NCBI GenBank assembly: GCA_964457295.1
Contig: CAYWEE010000001.1
Location: 14,298-78,297, forward strand
Length of the DNA stretch: 64,000 nt
Source: an uncultured Gammaproteobacteria bacterium
Lineage (GTDB): Bacteria > Patescibacteriota > Patescibacteriia > 2-12-FULL-60-25
Reading direction: 5' to 3'
Below the pieces are notes generated by a model that did not search any database, was not told where the DNA came from, and worked only from the letters and a program-made list of their open reading frames with translations. Shown one piece after another: positions 17,132-26,539 of the stretch (its first letter is position 1; each line of letters begins with the position of its first letter). A program made the translations under genes and the position numbers.

Positions 17132-17209
17132 CGGAATCCTTCGACTCCGCTGCTGCTCCGCTCAGGAAAGAATAAAGGAAATTCGTCCCTGAGCTTGTCG
17201 AAGGGCTAC
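17132..17209. repeat. Composite palindromic intergenic repeat (CCTGAGCTTGTCGAAGG family), copy R1
   Basis: CCTTCGA...CTCAGG...CCTGAG...TCGAAGG. The reverse complement matches blocks of 22093-22195. Confidence 0.75.
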
Positions 17210-17212
17210 AAT

Positions 17213-17243
17213 AAAAAAAACGACCCCACAGGGCCGTTTTTTT
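17213..17243. terminator. Bidirectional intrinsic terminator between convergent grx and prx
   Basis: A8-CGACCCC-ACA-GGGCCG-T7. Confidence 0.6.
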
Positions 17244-17258
17244 ATTTCTGCTCGCTTC

Positions 17259-17783
17259 TTACGCTTTCCCTAACGTCGTCTCTCCAGGTGTCCATTCTAC
17301 CGGGCAGAGATCGCCGGATTGTAAGGCCTGTAAGACGCGCAAGACCTCTTTGACCGAGCGTCCAACAGAGCCAGAGCTGATCAATGAGTACTTCACGATA
17401 CCTTCTGGATCGATGATGAACAGTCCGCGCTCGGCGGTGCCATTGCTTTCGTTCAAGACTTGGTAGTCGCGTGAAATCTTGAGCGTCGTATCGGCTAAGA
17501 TCGGATAGGTGACGCCTGGTAAATCTTTTTCAAACCAGGCTTTGTGGCTCCATTCAGAGTCGGTCGAAGCGGCGAGGACCGAGCAGTTCATGGCGGTGAA
17601 TTCCGCTTCATGATCCGAAAAGCCTTTTAACTCAGTCGGGCAAATAAAGGTAAAATCTCGTGGGTAAAAGAAGAAGACGAGCCATTTACCCTTGTAGTCG
17701 GCGAGATTTACCGTGGTGAATTGCCCTTTGTGATAGGTGGTAACGCCGGAAAAATCCGGAGCGGGTGTGCCAACTTGGATCAT
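17259..17783 (-). CDS. ahpC: Typical 2-Cys peroxiredoxin (AhpC/Prx1 family)
   Basis: FFFYPRDFTFICPTEL peroxidatic Cys and C-terminal GDLCPVEWTPG resolving Cys. Confidence 0.9.
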   Translation of the reverse strand: MIQVGTPAPDFSGVTTYHKGQFTTVNLADYKGKWLVFFFYPRDFTFICPTELKGFSDHEAEFTAMNCSVLAASTDSEWSHKAWFEKDLPGVTYPILADTTLKISRDYQVLNESNGTAERGLFIIDPEGIVKYSLISSGSVGRSVKEVLRVLQALQSGDLCPVEWTPGETTLGKA

Positions 17784-17790
17784 AGTGGTG

Positions 17791-17846
17791 AGAAAGGATA
17801 AAGAATAATAGTCCCTGAGTGTAGCGGAGCGGAATCGAAGGGCTAC
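17791..17846. repeat. Palindromic intergenic repeat, copy R2
   Basis: GTCCCTGAGTGTAGCGGAGCGGAATCGAAGGGCTAC. The reverse complement matches 43916-43947. Confidence 0.7.
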
Positions 17847-17854
17847 CGTTTATG

Positions 17855-18457
17855 TTATCGCTGCGTAGCTTGATATAACGCGTTCACCTTGTTCCAGTCA
17901 AGATTTTTCCAGAAGTCGGCGATATAGGCCTTACGATCGGAGCCGTAATCGATGAAATAGGCGTGTTCATACACATCGAGGACGAGAATGGGAAGAGCGC
18001 CCCAGACGCCACCTTGGTTATGCGCGTCTCCGGTGTAGGTACGGAGTGCCTTATCGTGCGTGTCCCAGGCGAGTACGACCCAGCCGCGGGCGGCCATACC
18101 ACAGGCGCTAAAGTAGGCGAGAAAGTTTTCGAGCGAGCCGTACTGAGCTGTTAAAGCTGCGACGATTTCTCCGGATGGAGTTCCGTTGCCGCCTAAAACC
18201 TCAAAATACCATTCATGGAGATAGATGCCGTTTACCGTAAAAGTCTCGCCATCCTTGAGGGCTCGGAGTTCCGAGTAGGACTGGTTTGCGCCTGACAGAT
18301 CTCCTTCGCCGTGAGAGAGCTTGAGTAATTTTTCTGTGATCTCATTTTTCTTGGCTACGTATCCTGCGTACAGTTTGTCGTGATGGATGGCGATGGTTTT
18401 ATCAGAAATTCCCTGCAAAGAACCTTGAAAGGGAAGGGGTTTGGCTTCGTGTGGCAT
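17855..18457 (-). CDS. sod: Fe/Mn superoxide dismutase
   Basis: HHDKLYAGYV and DVYEHAYFIDYGSDRKAYI motifs. Confidence 0.9.
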   Translation of the reverse strand: MPHEAKPLPFQGSLQGISDKTIAIHHDKLYAGYVAKKNEITEKLLKLSHGEGDLSGANQSYSELRALKDGETFTVNGIYLHEWYFEVLGGNGTPSGEIVAALTAQYGSLENFLAYFSACGMAARGWVVLAWDTHDKALRTYTGDAHNQGGVWGALPILVLDVYEHAYFIDYGSDRKAYIADFWKNLDWNKVNALYQATQR

Positions 18458-18505
18458 AGTTGAAGAGAAAAAGTAGTTAGTAGGCGGTAGGCAGTAGCGA
18501 AGGAG

Positions 18506-18961
18506 TTAAGATGAGAAGGCTTTGAGGATATCGGCATTTTTAGGCATGCCGCGTTTGAGATAGACGATGACGCCGTCCTTATTGATCCCGACCACCGTGC
18601 GTCGAATAATAGAGAGCCCGAGAAGTGAGCGAACCGCTCCGTAGCTTTTACTGACTGATTTATCGGTATCAATCAGTAGTGGAAAAGGAAAGCTATGCTT
18701 CTCGAGAAAAGCGCGGTGATGGGCAGCGGAGCCGTGGTTTATCCCAAAGACGAGCGTATCCGAAGATCGGAATTTTGACCAATCATCACGTACCGCGCAG
18801 AGCTGCATGGTGCAACCTGGAGTCATGTCTCCAGGATAAAAGATCAACACAACATTATGTTTCCCGCGAAAGTCAGCGAGTGAAACGGTTGTGCCGTTTT
18901 GATCTTTAAGCGTAAATAGAGGGGCCGGATCTTTAACGGCCAGAGCAGGGGAAGAGGGCAT
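18506..18961 (-). CDS. bcp: Thiol peroxidase Bcp (peroxiredoxin Q family)
   Basis: FYPGDMTPGCTMQLC active-site region. Confidence 0.85.
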   Translation of the reverse strand: MPSSPALAVKDPAPLFTLKDQNGTTVSLADFRGKHNVVLIFYPGDMTPGCTMQLCAVRDDWSKFRSSDTLVFGINHGSAAHHRAFLEKHSFPFPLLIDTDKSVSKSYGAVRSLLGLSIIRRTVVGINKDGVIVYLKRGMPKNADILKAFSS

Positions 18962-19020
18962 AGGTGTATCATACCGCCCTGCCTCGACGTCCGTCTAGCG
19001 ATCCGTTATGCTGTGGGTCT

Positions 19021-19668
19021 ATGCAGGAGAGTCCGGCAGAAATTCGACGGGAAACCGATATTGCGGCCGCTGGTCGCCCTTGGTGGCAGGCTTGTTGTTT
19101 GGGCTGTTTAGCTCTACTTATCGCTACGGGAATCGGCGGATATATTCTTTTACGGGTGGCCGTTGGGCCGTCAGTGGTTCATCTTTCGACCCTTCCCGAA
19201 GGATATCCGACAAAGCTCGTCCCGTATCGCCTTGAAGACGCTGAAGCTATTAGTTTGGTTTCGGGGGCCCATAAGGGGAATATGATGCGTATCCTTCAAT
19301 CTCCTTTGCGCCTCATGAGTCGGGCTTTTGGGAATGCATCTTCATCCGAATCCGGAACGCTCGAAAAATCACGCATGGCCATTGAGGGGTATGCATCAAG
19401 TTTACGCGCTATGGATACGGTGACGATTGAATGGGTGGGGCTGGATGCTACCCCTGAAGCTGTGAAGATGTATTATACGAATCTCTTTCAGGCTGCTGAT
19501 CTGTCATTGCGTACCATTCATGATGAGGCGACGGGTACAGATTTTTTGTTGGGGCAAGGTGCTAATGCTGTGGTCCAGATCGAGCTGCATGATACGGCAA
19601 CGGTTCCTGGTATTGATGGTGTGATTATGACGGTTGACTATATTACAGAAAAAAATATCTCTTCTTAA
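19021..19668 (+). CDS. Hypothetical membrane-anchored protein
   Basis: ATG at 19021 (tracked GTG at 18964). One TM (CCLGCLALLIATGIGGYILL). No motif recognised. Confidence 0.5.
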   Translation: MQESPAEIRRETDIAAAGRPWWQACCLGCLALLIATGIGGYILLRVAVGPSVVHLSTLPEGYPTKLVPYRLEDAEAISLVSGAHKGNMMRILQSPLRLMSRAFGNASSSESGTLEKSRMAIEGYASSLRAMDTVTIEWVGLDATPEAVKMYYTNLFQAADLSLRTIHDEATGTDFLLGQGANAVVQIELHDTATVPGIDGVIMTVDYITEKNISS

Positions 19669-19673
19669 CTGTT

Positions 19674-20516
19674 ATGTCTGAACGATATATCTTAGCTGCG
19701 CGGGTGATGACATTGATGTGTGTCTGTGTATTGATAGGTGCCGGATGTCGAGAGGCTGCGGCGCCTGTACCCGCTGCGTCCGTTTCTGATCCTCGTCCAG
19801 CTTCTTTTGCGGGGCTATCGCCGGCCGAAGCTGCTCGAAACATTATTCCAACTGCTGCAATGGTATTAAAAATGCGTCAACACATTACGGCGTCTGGTTT
19901 AGACATCGCGCGTGAACGTGGTTTGGGTGCGGATGTTGCACGCGATATTGTGATTCGTCGTTTTTCTCCACAGAATCGCGTTGAGGTGGAATGGACGGCA
20001 TCAGCAGACACGCATCGTTATACAGGCGCTGTTGTCGGCGGTGATTTGCAGCGTACGTATGAGATGTTGCCGTTACCCTATTGGCGAGAGAATGAGCAGT
20101 CGGCGTATGGGTCAAGCGTGTTGTGGTTGTCGCGCAATATCTATGAAAACTTAACACGTTCGCGTTTTAGTACGTTTCATTTTGGCTTCTTTAATCCGGA
20201 TGCTCGCGCCACTCTCCCGGCCAGTTCGCGTCTCGCCAAGGCTGTGAATGAATTGGAAAAAGCAGTAGCGCGCGTGTCGCAAGATGTGACGCTCACCACG
20301 GCGGAGCCCACATCGACCCAGATGTTGATGGTGAATGGAACGTCGACGCAGGTAGAGGTGTTTGTGGCTCGCAATTGGTTTGGTGAAATGACGGTATTGA
20401 ACAATCCTGAGAATCCTTTAGTGCTTCGGGTGAAGATGAACAAGCTTCCTGTAGATGCTTTAAACGGCGGACTCTTTGATTACGAGATTACCGAGATTAA
20501 AGATGTGATGGAGTAG
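19674..20516 (+). CDS. Hypothetical lipoprotein, 280 aa
   Basis: Signal peptide with lipobox LIGAGC. Confidence 0.55.
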   Translation: MSERYILAARVMTLMCVCVLIGAGCREAAAPVPAASVSDPRPASFAGLSPAEAARNIIPTAAMVLKMRQHITASGLDIARERGLGADVARDIVIRRFSPQNRVEVEWTASADTHRYTGAVVGGDLQRTYEMLPLPYWRENEQSAYGSSVLWLSRNIYENLTRSRFSTFHFGFFNPDARATLPASSRLAKAVNELEKAVARVSQDVTLTTAEPTSTQMLMVNGTSTQVEVFVARNWFGEMTVLNNPENPLVLRVKMNKLPVDALNGGLFDYEITEIKDVME

Positions 20517-20518
20517 GT

Positions 20519-21223
20519 TTAGGTTCCGGTGCGTTGTTGGGGAAGATGCATGTTGGGAAAGAGGCGACGGCGATAGAAGGCGTTGCGGAGGGGCTGAAGA
20601 AAAGTAAGATCGCGCGTGAGACGTGTGAGCGTTGGGTCGTGCGTATCTTTTTTTAAGGCTACGAGCGTGCGTTTTTCGTGCCATTTTTCTATGCAGATAT
20701 CTTCAATAGCACGAACATATGGCTCAAGGGTTTCGTCAGACATGTTCGTCCGATAGGCGGTTATCGCTTCTGTGAGTGTGTGGATTTGCTGTTCCATCGC
20801 TTCGCTGTATTCTCGATACGTATCGAGATCATGGCGTTGCGGATTGATTCGTTCGTTCCAGGTATCCTGTACTCTGGCAATGAGACTGCGAAGTCGGTGG
20901 ATGATTTCTTCATTGGATACGTACCCTTCTTCATTCGGTGTGCCTGTGTACAGAAGTTTGCGTAGCTCGTTTGTATCTTGTCCGATCATCCGTTTTTTGA
21001 GAATCAAATCTAGAAGGAATGGTTCGTATACTTCCGGATCGTGATCAATGTGTCCCTGGGATTCTAAGAATGCATTTAGTGCGCGTCGACTGGGTAAGAT
21101 GGGCTCACGACGTTCAATGCGACGAGCGTAGGAGCGTGGAGGAGCTGGAGCAGCTGTCAGAGCTGTAGGAGCCTGGTTCTCGAAGGGGCTGGGTATTTTT
21201 GTAAAATCAATACCGGTCTTCAT
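20519..21223 (-). CDS. Hypothetical protein co-transcribed with era
   Basis: ATG at 21223 overlaps the era TGA as ATGA. No motif recognised. Confidence 0.55.
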   Translation of the reverse strand: MKTGIDFTKIPSPFENQAPTALTAAPAPPRSYARRIERREPILPSRRALNAFLESQGHIDHDPEVYEPFLLDLILKKRMIGQDTNELRKLLYTGTPNEEGYVSNEEIIHRLRSLIARVQDTWNERINPQRHDLDTYREYSEAMEQQIHTLTEAITAYRTNMSDETLEPYVRAIEDICIEKWHEKRTLVALKKDTHDPTLTRLTRDLTFLQPLRNAFYRRRLFPNMHLPQQRTGT

Positions 21224-22065
21224 ACAAAGCGTTCTTGCCACTTGGGATCAACGTCTACGGTGAGCTCAAGCATGGTTTTGGTGTTGGTGGCGCCTTCGAT
21301 TTCTTTACGTGCGGCTGTGCCGATTTTTTTAAGCATAGCTCCTTTGGCGCCGATAATCATGCCTTTATAGCGTTCGGCATTGGTCCAAATGGTGGCTTCG
21401 ATATGCTGTGAGCCGTTGGGTCGAGGAGTCATTGTTTCGAGGGAGACGGTGATGCTGTAGGGGAGCTCTTCGTTTAAGTGTAAAAAGATTTTTTCGCGAA
21501 TCAATTCTTCGATCCACTTTTTATGATCCATGTCGGTGAGTTGCAGTTCGGGATAGTGAGCCGGTCCTTCGGGGGCGATCATGAATAATGCATCGACGAG
21601 GCGATTGAGGTTGTTGTGCGTTTTGGCACTGATCTTGATAGATGCGATAGCTCCGACGTTGGCGTTTTCATAGGCGGCAGCGTAGGGGGAGGACACATCA
21701 GATTTATTGATCACGGAAATGATGGGGACATGCGTCGCGCGCAAGAGTTTTTGCAAATGCGTTTCTTCTTCGCCGGGTTCACGCGTTGGATCCATCACGT
21801 ACACGATCGCGTCAACGCCCTGCAGTGTTTCTTCGACAAACTGGTTGAGTTTTTTTGAGACGCGATCACGGTTACCTAAAAATACGCCCGGCGTATCAAC
21901 AAAGACGATTTGTCCACGCGGATCGTGCAAAATACCGCGAATAGGATGGCGGGTGGTTTGTGGTTTAGGTGTTACGATGGCGACTTTCGATCCGACGAGG
22001 GCATTCAAGAGCGTGGATTTACCGACGTTGGAACGTCCGGCTAACATGACAAAACTGGATTTCAT
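21220..22065 (-). CDS. era: GTPase Era
   Basis: GRSNVGKSTLLNAL (G1), DTPG (G3), NKSD (G4), plus a C-terminal KH domain. Confidence 0.9.
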   Translation of the reverse strand: MKSSFVMLAGRSNVGKSTLLNALVGSKVAIVTPKPQTTRHPIRGILHDPRGQIVFVDTPGVFLGNRDRVSKKLNQFVEETLQGVDAIVYVMDPTREPGEEETHLQKLLRATHVPIISVINKSDVSSPYAAAYENANVGAIASIKISAKTHNNLNRLVDALFMIAPEGPAHYPELQLTDMDHKKWIEELIREKIFLHLNEELPYSITVSLETMTPRPNGSQHIEATIWTNAERYKGMIIGAKGAMLKKIGTAARKEIEGATNTKTMLELTVDVDPKWQERFV

Positions 22066-22092
22066 AAAAGGAAGTATAGCATTAATTCAAAG

Positions 22093-22195
22093 GAAGCCTT
22101 TCGACAAGCTCAGGGATGAACATTTTCATATTCTTTCCTGAGCCCATTCGACGAGCTCAGGGTAAACTCTGCAGCAGCGGAGTCGAAGGATTCCG
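22093..22195. repeat. Composite palindromic intergenic repeat, copy R3 (largest)
   Basis: Contains CTTTCGACAAGCTCAGGGA, CATTCGACGAGCTCAGGG and GCAGCAGCGGAGTCGAAGGATTCCG, in inverse orientation relative to R1. Confidence 0.75.
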
Positions 22196-22200
22196 GCTGA

Positions 22201-23592
22201 CTAGTCCGCCTGTGTTTTCAATTCCATCCGTACTACAACTTCTACGTGCGGAGTGTGGGGAAACAGATCGAGGGCTTTGAGCTCCGTAATCGTATACAGG
22301 GTTTTGAACTGCTTGAGCTCTTCGACCAGGCGATGATAGTTACATGAGACGTAGATGAGCGTCGGTGCTTTCTTTTCGAGCAGTGTCTTGATGACCTTGG
22401 GGTGGAGTCCTGCGCGTGGGGGATCGAGGATGATGAGATCGGCGGGAAGGTCTTTCCACGAAAGATCTTCGGCCGGTCCAGAGGTAAACTGGCAACGTTC
22501 AGCTACGCCGTTTGTCGCGGCATTGTGTTTGGCGAGTTCGATAGCTTCGGCATCAATTTCAAATCCTGCGATAGAGATTTCAGGACGTTGTTTGGCCAGG
22601 GCGAGTCCAAAGAATCCCAGACCGCAATACAGATCCAGAATCTGCGTAGGGGCGGGTTTTAAATTCGCCCCTACCAATTTCAAAACGACGTTTTGTAATT
22701 GTTCGGCCATGACGGTGTTGGTTTGGAAAAAGGAATTGGGATGAATGCGATAGCGTACATCGTTCACGATTTCTTCGAGCCAAGGACTTCCTTTGAGCGT
22801 TTCAAATGTTTCGGCGTATGAGAGATCGGTTTGTTTGGGTTGCTCGCCGATGAGGAGTGACGTTGTCAGTGGTGACAGGGTTTCGAGAAGGGTCTTGCGA
22901 TGCTCGTCCGTGATCCGTTTCGCATCATGGACGACAATGATGACGAGACGTTCATTGGTTCTTTTTCCTTCGCGGATGATAACGTAGCGAATGTCCCCCG
23001 TATAAAATTTAGCATCCCAGGGTAGCAGATCATGCGCTTTCATCCAGACGCGTACACGTTCAAGAATGTCTCCCGTTTCTGCGTTCAAGAGAAAACAGGT
23101 TTTGATGTCGACGTAGCGATTCCAAGCTTCGTGTTCTTTGAGGCCGATCTCGCCATTCCAGCCGATGGCGTAATCCATACGGTTGCGGTAGTAGGCACGC
23201 ATCTCATCATCTGGGCTCGCAGGAGGGCAGGGGAGGACTTCGGTAATACGTTCGGCGTGCTCTGCGGTCTCAAAGGCCTGATTGATGCGTTGTTGCTTGA
23301 GAGTTAGCTGGGCCGTATAGCGAAGATGCTGCCATAAACATCCGCCACAAGTCCCGGCGTGCGGGCAGGGGGCGGTAACGCGGTCGGGGCTTGGGGTATG
23401 GATTTCGGCGACTTTGGCGAGTTTCGTGCCTCTATCGCGTCGTATAAACGTAGCGGTCAGCTCATCGCCCACGGCAGAAAAGGGGATGGTGACGGTGCTT
23501 TCGCTATGATCGTTGTTCTGGATCGTTAGCGACCCGCGCCCTTTTGCATCGTAGTGCGTTACGACTCCTTTGATTTTGTGGCCAAATTTCAT
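22201..23592 (-). CDS. 23S rRNA (uracil-5)-methyltransferase, RlmD/RumA family
   Basis: N-terminal TRAM-like domain, Fe-S cysteines CPHAGTCGGCLWQHL, SAM motifs DLYCGLGFFG and DPPRAGL. Confidence 0.85.
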   Translation of the reverse strand: MKFGHKIKGVVTHYDAKGRGSLTIQNNDHSESTVTIPFSAVGDELTATFIRRDRGTKLAKVAEIHTPSPDRVTAPCPHAGTCGGCLWQHLRYTAQLTLKQQRINQAFETAEHAERITEVLPCPPASPDDEMRAYYRNRMDYAIGWNGEIGLKEHEAWNRYVDIKTCFLLNAETGDILERVRVWMKAHDLLPWDAKFYTGDIRYVIIREGKRTNERLVIIVVHDAKRITDEHRKTLLETLSPLTTSLLIGEQPKQTDLSYAETFETLKGSPWLEEIVNDVRYRIHPNSFFQTNTVMAEQLQNVVLKLVGANLKPAPTQILDLYCGLGFFGLALAKQRPEISIAGFEIDAEAIELAKHNAATNGVAERCQFTSGPAEDLSWKDLPADLIILDPPRAGLHPKVIKTLLEKKAPTLIYVSCNYHRLVEELKQFKTLYTITELKALDLFPHTPHVEVVVRMELKTQAD

Positions 23593-23629
23593 AGGCGAAT
23601 CGTAGACAATATTCGGGTTTTTGCCTAGG

Positions 23630-24091
23630 ATGGAGGTTATGAAGGAGATTCACCTTATTGCCCACAATATCCGTTCGGCCGAGAATATCGGGTCGTTGCT
23701 GCGGACGTCCGATGCGTTGGGGATCGCGAAGGTCTGGTTGAGCGGGTATTCGCCGACGCCAGAACATCCGCGGGTTTTGAAGACGGCGCTTGGAGCTGAG
23801 ATGAGCGTCGTTTGGGAGCCGGTGACGGATATTTTAGAAATCGTGTCGCGACTTCGCCAAGAAGAATTTCGTATCGTGGGATTGGAGATTGATCGCCGCG
23901 CCATCCCGCTCATCGAGTATCATGCGCCGCAGCGTATTGCGTTGCTTCTTGGTAACGAGGTCGAGGGAATCACGCCTTCGTTACTTGATGTGTGCGACGA
24001 TGTCGTGTCTATCCAGCAGTATGGCGTAAAGGAATCATTGAACGTATCTGTTGCCGCCGCGATTGCAGCGCACTGGATGTTGAATGCGTAA
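23630..24091 (+). CDS. SpoU/TrmH-family RNA 2'-O-methyltransferase
   Basis: NIRSAENIGSLLRTSDALG, LLLGNEVEGI and ESLNVSVAAAIA motifs. Start ambiguous (TTG 23621, ATG 23630 or 23639). Confidence 0.8.
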   Translation: MEVMKEIHLIAHNIRSAENIGSLLRTSDALGIAKVWLSGYSPTPEHPRVLKTALGAEMSVVWEPVTDILEIVSRLRQEEFRIVGLEIDRRAIPLIEYHAPQRIALLLGNEVEGITPSLLDVCDDVVSIQQYGVKESLNVSVAAAIAAHWMLNA

Positions 24092-24101
24092 TATACAAAG
24101 C

Positions 24102-24833
24102 ATGCTTCTTCTTTCTATTGTCATTCCGGCCAAAAACGAGCAGCAGGATGTACCATTGCTCCTCGAGAGTATTCGTCGACAGACGTATTTGCCGCACGAG
24201 GTGATTCTTGCGGATGCGGAATCAACAGATCGAACGGTTGAGATTGCGCGCGCGGCAGGTGTGCGTGTTGTGCCTGGTGGGTTACCCGGTGTTGGTCGTA
24301 ATCGTGGTGCGGCAGTGGCTACGGGCGAGATCATTGTCTTCTTAGATGCAGAGACGGTTTTAGTTTCGCCAACATTTCTAGAAGATTGTGTGCGAGAACT
24401 GATTGATCGTCGTTTGGATATGGCGTCGTGCCTCGTGACAACATCGAGTAAGCGGCTTCTCGATCGTGTGTGGTTTGGTGGGTACAACATATACGCCCGG
24501 CTGACAGAGCGCATTCATCCGCATGCGCAAGGTTCATGTATGTTTGTTCGTCGAGTGGTGCATGAGGCACTTGGGGGTTTTGATGAGCGCGTCGTGCTGT
24601 GTGAAGATGCGGAGTATGCTCAACGGTTGATTCGTCACGGATATCGTTTTGCGAATATACATGCTCATAAGATTTATACGTCCGTTCGGAGAATGCATCG
24701 TGAAGGGTATCTGCGGGTGGCGGCAAAATATATGTTTATGGAGATCCATCTGCTTTTTAAGGGGCACTTTTATGATCATGCACCGATTGAGTATGTGATG
24801 GGTGGAGAGGATCGACAGGAGGGGCGTCGTTGA
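24102..24833 (+). CDS. Family 2 glycosyltransferase
   Basis: LSIVIPAKNE...VILADAESTDRT plus a DAE motif. Alternative ATG at 24084. Confidence 0.8.
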   Translation: MLLLSIVIPAKNEQQDVPLLLESIRRQTYLPHEVILADAESTDRTVEIARAAGVRVVPGGLPGVGRNRGAAVATGEIIVFLDAETVLVSPTFLEDCVRELIDRRLDMASCLVTTSSKRLLDRVWFGGYNIYARLTERIHPHAQGSCMFVRRVVHEALGGFDERVVLCEDAEYAQRLIRHGYRFANIHAHKIYTSVRRMHREGYLRVAAKYMFMEIHLLFKGHFYDHAPIEYVMGGEDRQEGRR

Positions 24834-24858
24834 GGCATACTTCGATGCATCTCTTCGT

Positions 24859-26487
24859 ATGTTTAATCGTCTGCGGGCCGCATGGCATGGGGAAACAAGC
24901 GGCTTGACTGCGGCGGCCGTGATTGTTGGTGTCGCGTCATTAGCGTCGCGCGTTGTGGGGTTGTTTCGTGACCGTATTCTGGCCTCGACCTTTGGGGCGG
25001 GAAACGCGTTGGATACGTATTATGCTGCGTTTCGGATTCCTGATTTTTTATACAATTTGATTATCTTGGGTGCGTTGTCGGCGGGATTCATTCCTGTGTT
25101 TTCTGAATATCTGGCGAAGCGGGGAGAAAAGGAGGCGTGGCAGCTTTCCGAACGCGTTTTGTCGCTGGTTGGCGCGACCATGGCAGTTTGCTGTGTGGTC
25201 TTGGCTTTGGCCGCGCCGTGGATCGTGCCATTTACCGTGCCTGGTTTCTCACCCGAGAACGTGGCGCTGACCGTTCACCTCACGCGTATCATGCTACTCT
25301 CGCCGTTCTTTTTAGGTCTCTCGGCCGTCATGGGCGGGATTTTGCAGGCCCAGCGTCGGTTTTTTGCGTTTTCGCTTGCTCCGGTTTTTTACAACCTATG
25401 CATTATTTTAGGGACACTGTTGCTGGCACCGCGTTTTGGTATGACGGGTGTAGCGATCGGCGTGGTCGTGGGGGCGATGCTGCATTTTGCGGTTCAAGCC
25501 GCGGTAGCTATTCGTTTAGGTGTTCGTCATGTTCCACTCCCTTCATTTCGCCATGAGGGTGTTCGCCGTATTATTCGTTTGATGTTGCCGCGTACGGCTG
25601 GTCTAGCGGTCTCACAATTAAATCTTGTGATTCTGTTAATTTTTGCTTCGACGCTCGCCAGTGGTTCGGTGGCTGTGTTCAATCTGGCGAATAATCTCCA
25701 ATCGTTTCCTATCGGGATTATTGGGATCTCGTTTGCGGTGGCGGCGTTCCCTGCGCTCTCCGAGGCCGCGAGCCGTGAGGATCGGGCGGCGTTTATTAAG
25801 GCATTATCTGGTACGGCGCGAAAGATTATTTTTTGTATCTTACCCGCGACAGCATTACTGTTTTTGCTGCGTGCGCAGACCGTTCGTTTGGCCTTGGGGG
25901 CGGGAGTTTTTGATTGGGATGACACCATTCGCACGGCGACGGTTTTAGGTATTTTTACGTTTTCTCTTTTGGGTCAGTCTTTGATTCCGCTGTTTGCTCG
26001 GGCGTTTTATGCGCTTCAGAATACACGCGTACCACTTGTCATCGGGTTGTGCGCTGAAGCTGTAAATGTGGCACTTGCGTGGTGGTTGCACCGCGTGTGG
26101 GGTATTACGGGTTTAGCTGTCGCTTTTTCTGTAGCGGCGTATATTCATGCTGGATTGTTGATATGGCAATTGCGTCGGATGTATGGGCCGATTGGTGGAC
26201 GGTCACTCGCTCGTTCGATTGGTGTTTCTGTTCTCGCCTCGTGTGCCATTATTGTTGTGGGGTATCCGGTTCGTGAATTGATGGGGAACGTGTTGTTTCC
26301 ATTGCGATCTGCGTGGCAGGTCTTGGTTCAGGCATCTGCGGCGGCTGTGGTTGGCTTGATCGGGTTTTATATCGTGGCCTCTCTTTTACGATCGGAAGAA
26401 CTAGCGGACGTTATCGAGGTGTTTCGTCGGCGGATGTTTCGTACCAAAGTTGTGGTGGCGGGGGCCGAAGAGGCTCAAGGGAGGTAG
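24859..26487 (+). CDS. murJ: Lipid II flippase MurJ
   Basis: SRVVGLFRDRILASTFGAGNALDTYYAAFRIPDFLYNL and about 14 TM helices. ATG at 24859 follows the GT2 stop. Confidence 0.9.
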   Translation: MFNRLRAAWHGETSGLTAAAVIVGVASLASRVVGLFRDRILASTFGAGNALDTYYAAFRIPDFLYNLIILGALSAGFIPVFSEYLAKRGEKEAWQLSERVLSLVGATMAVCCVVLALAAPWIVPFTVPGFSPENVALTVHLTRIMLLSPFFLGLSAVMGGILQAQRRFFAFSLAPVFYNLCIILGTLLLAPRFGMTGVAIGVVVGAMLHFAVQAAVAIRLGVRHVPLPSFRHEGVRRIIRLMLPRTAGLAVSQLNLVILLIFASTLASGSVAVFNLANNLQSFPIGIIGISFAVAAFPALSEAASREDRAAFIKALSGTARKIIFCILPATALLFLLRAQTVRLALGAGVFDWDDTIRTATVLGIFTFSLLGQSLIPLFARAFYALQNTRVPLVIGLCAEAVNVALAWWLHRVWGITGLAVAFSVAAYIHAGLLIWQLRRMYGPIGGRSLARSIGVSVLASCAIIVVGYPVRELMGNVLFPLRSAWQVLVQASAAAVVGLIGFYIVASLLRSEELADVIEVFRRRMFRTKVVVAGAEEAQGR

Positions 26488-26490
26488 CGT

Positions 26491-26515
26491 CGCCCTGCCT
26501 TCGCAGGAATGACAG
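26491..26515. repeat. Short hairpin repeat CCTGCCTTCGCAGGAATGAC; probable murJ terminator
   Basis: CCTGC-CTTC-GCAGG stem-loop 4 nt after the murJ stop. Confidence 0.5.
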
Positions 26516-26539
26516 AGTAGGATATGCTTCTGCATATAT

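Noticed and set aside
24035-24514. Several long antisense or alternative-frame ORFs lie inside solid genes. Examples are 24035..24514(-), 14416..14808(-), 16211..16684(-), 28282..28683(-), 30690..31124(-), 34927..35433(-), 59751..60236(-), 61984..62550(+) and 25137..25556(+).
   Set aside because: Each lies wholly inside a gene with strong family motifs on the other strand or frame. Their Arg/Ser/Pro-rich low-complexity composition is typical of shadow ORFs.
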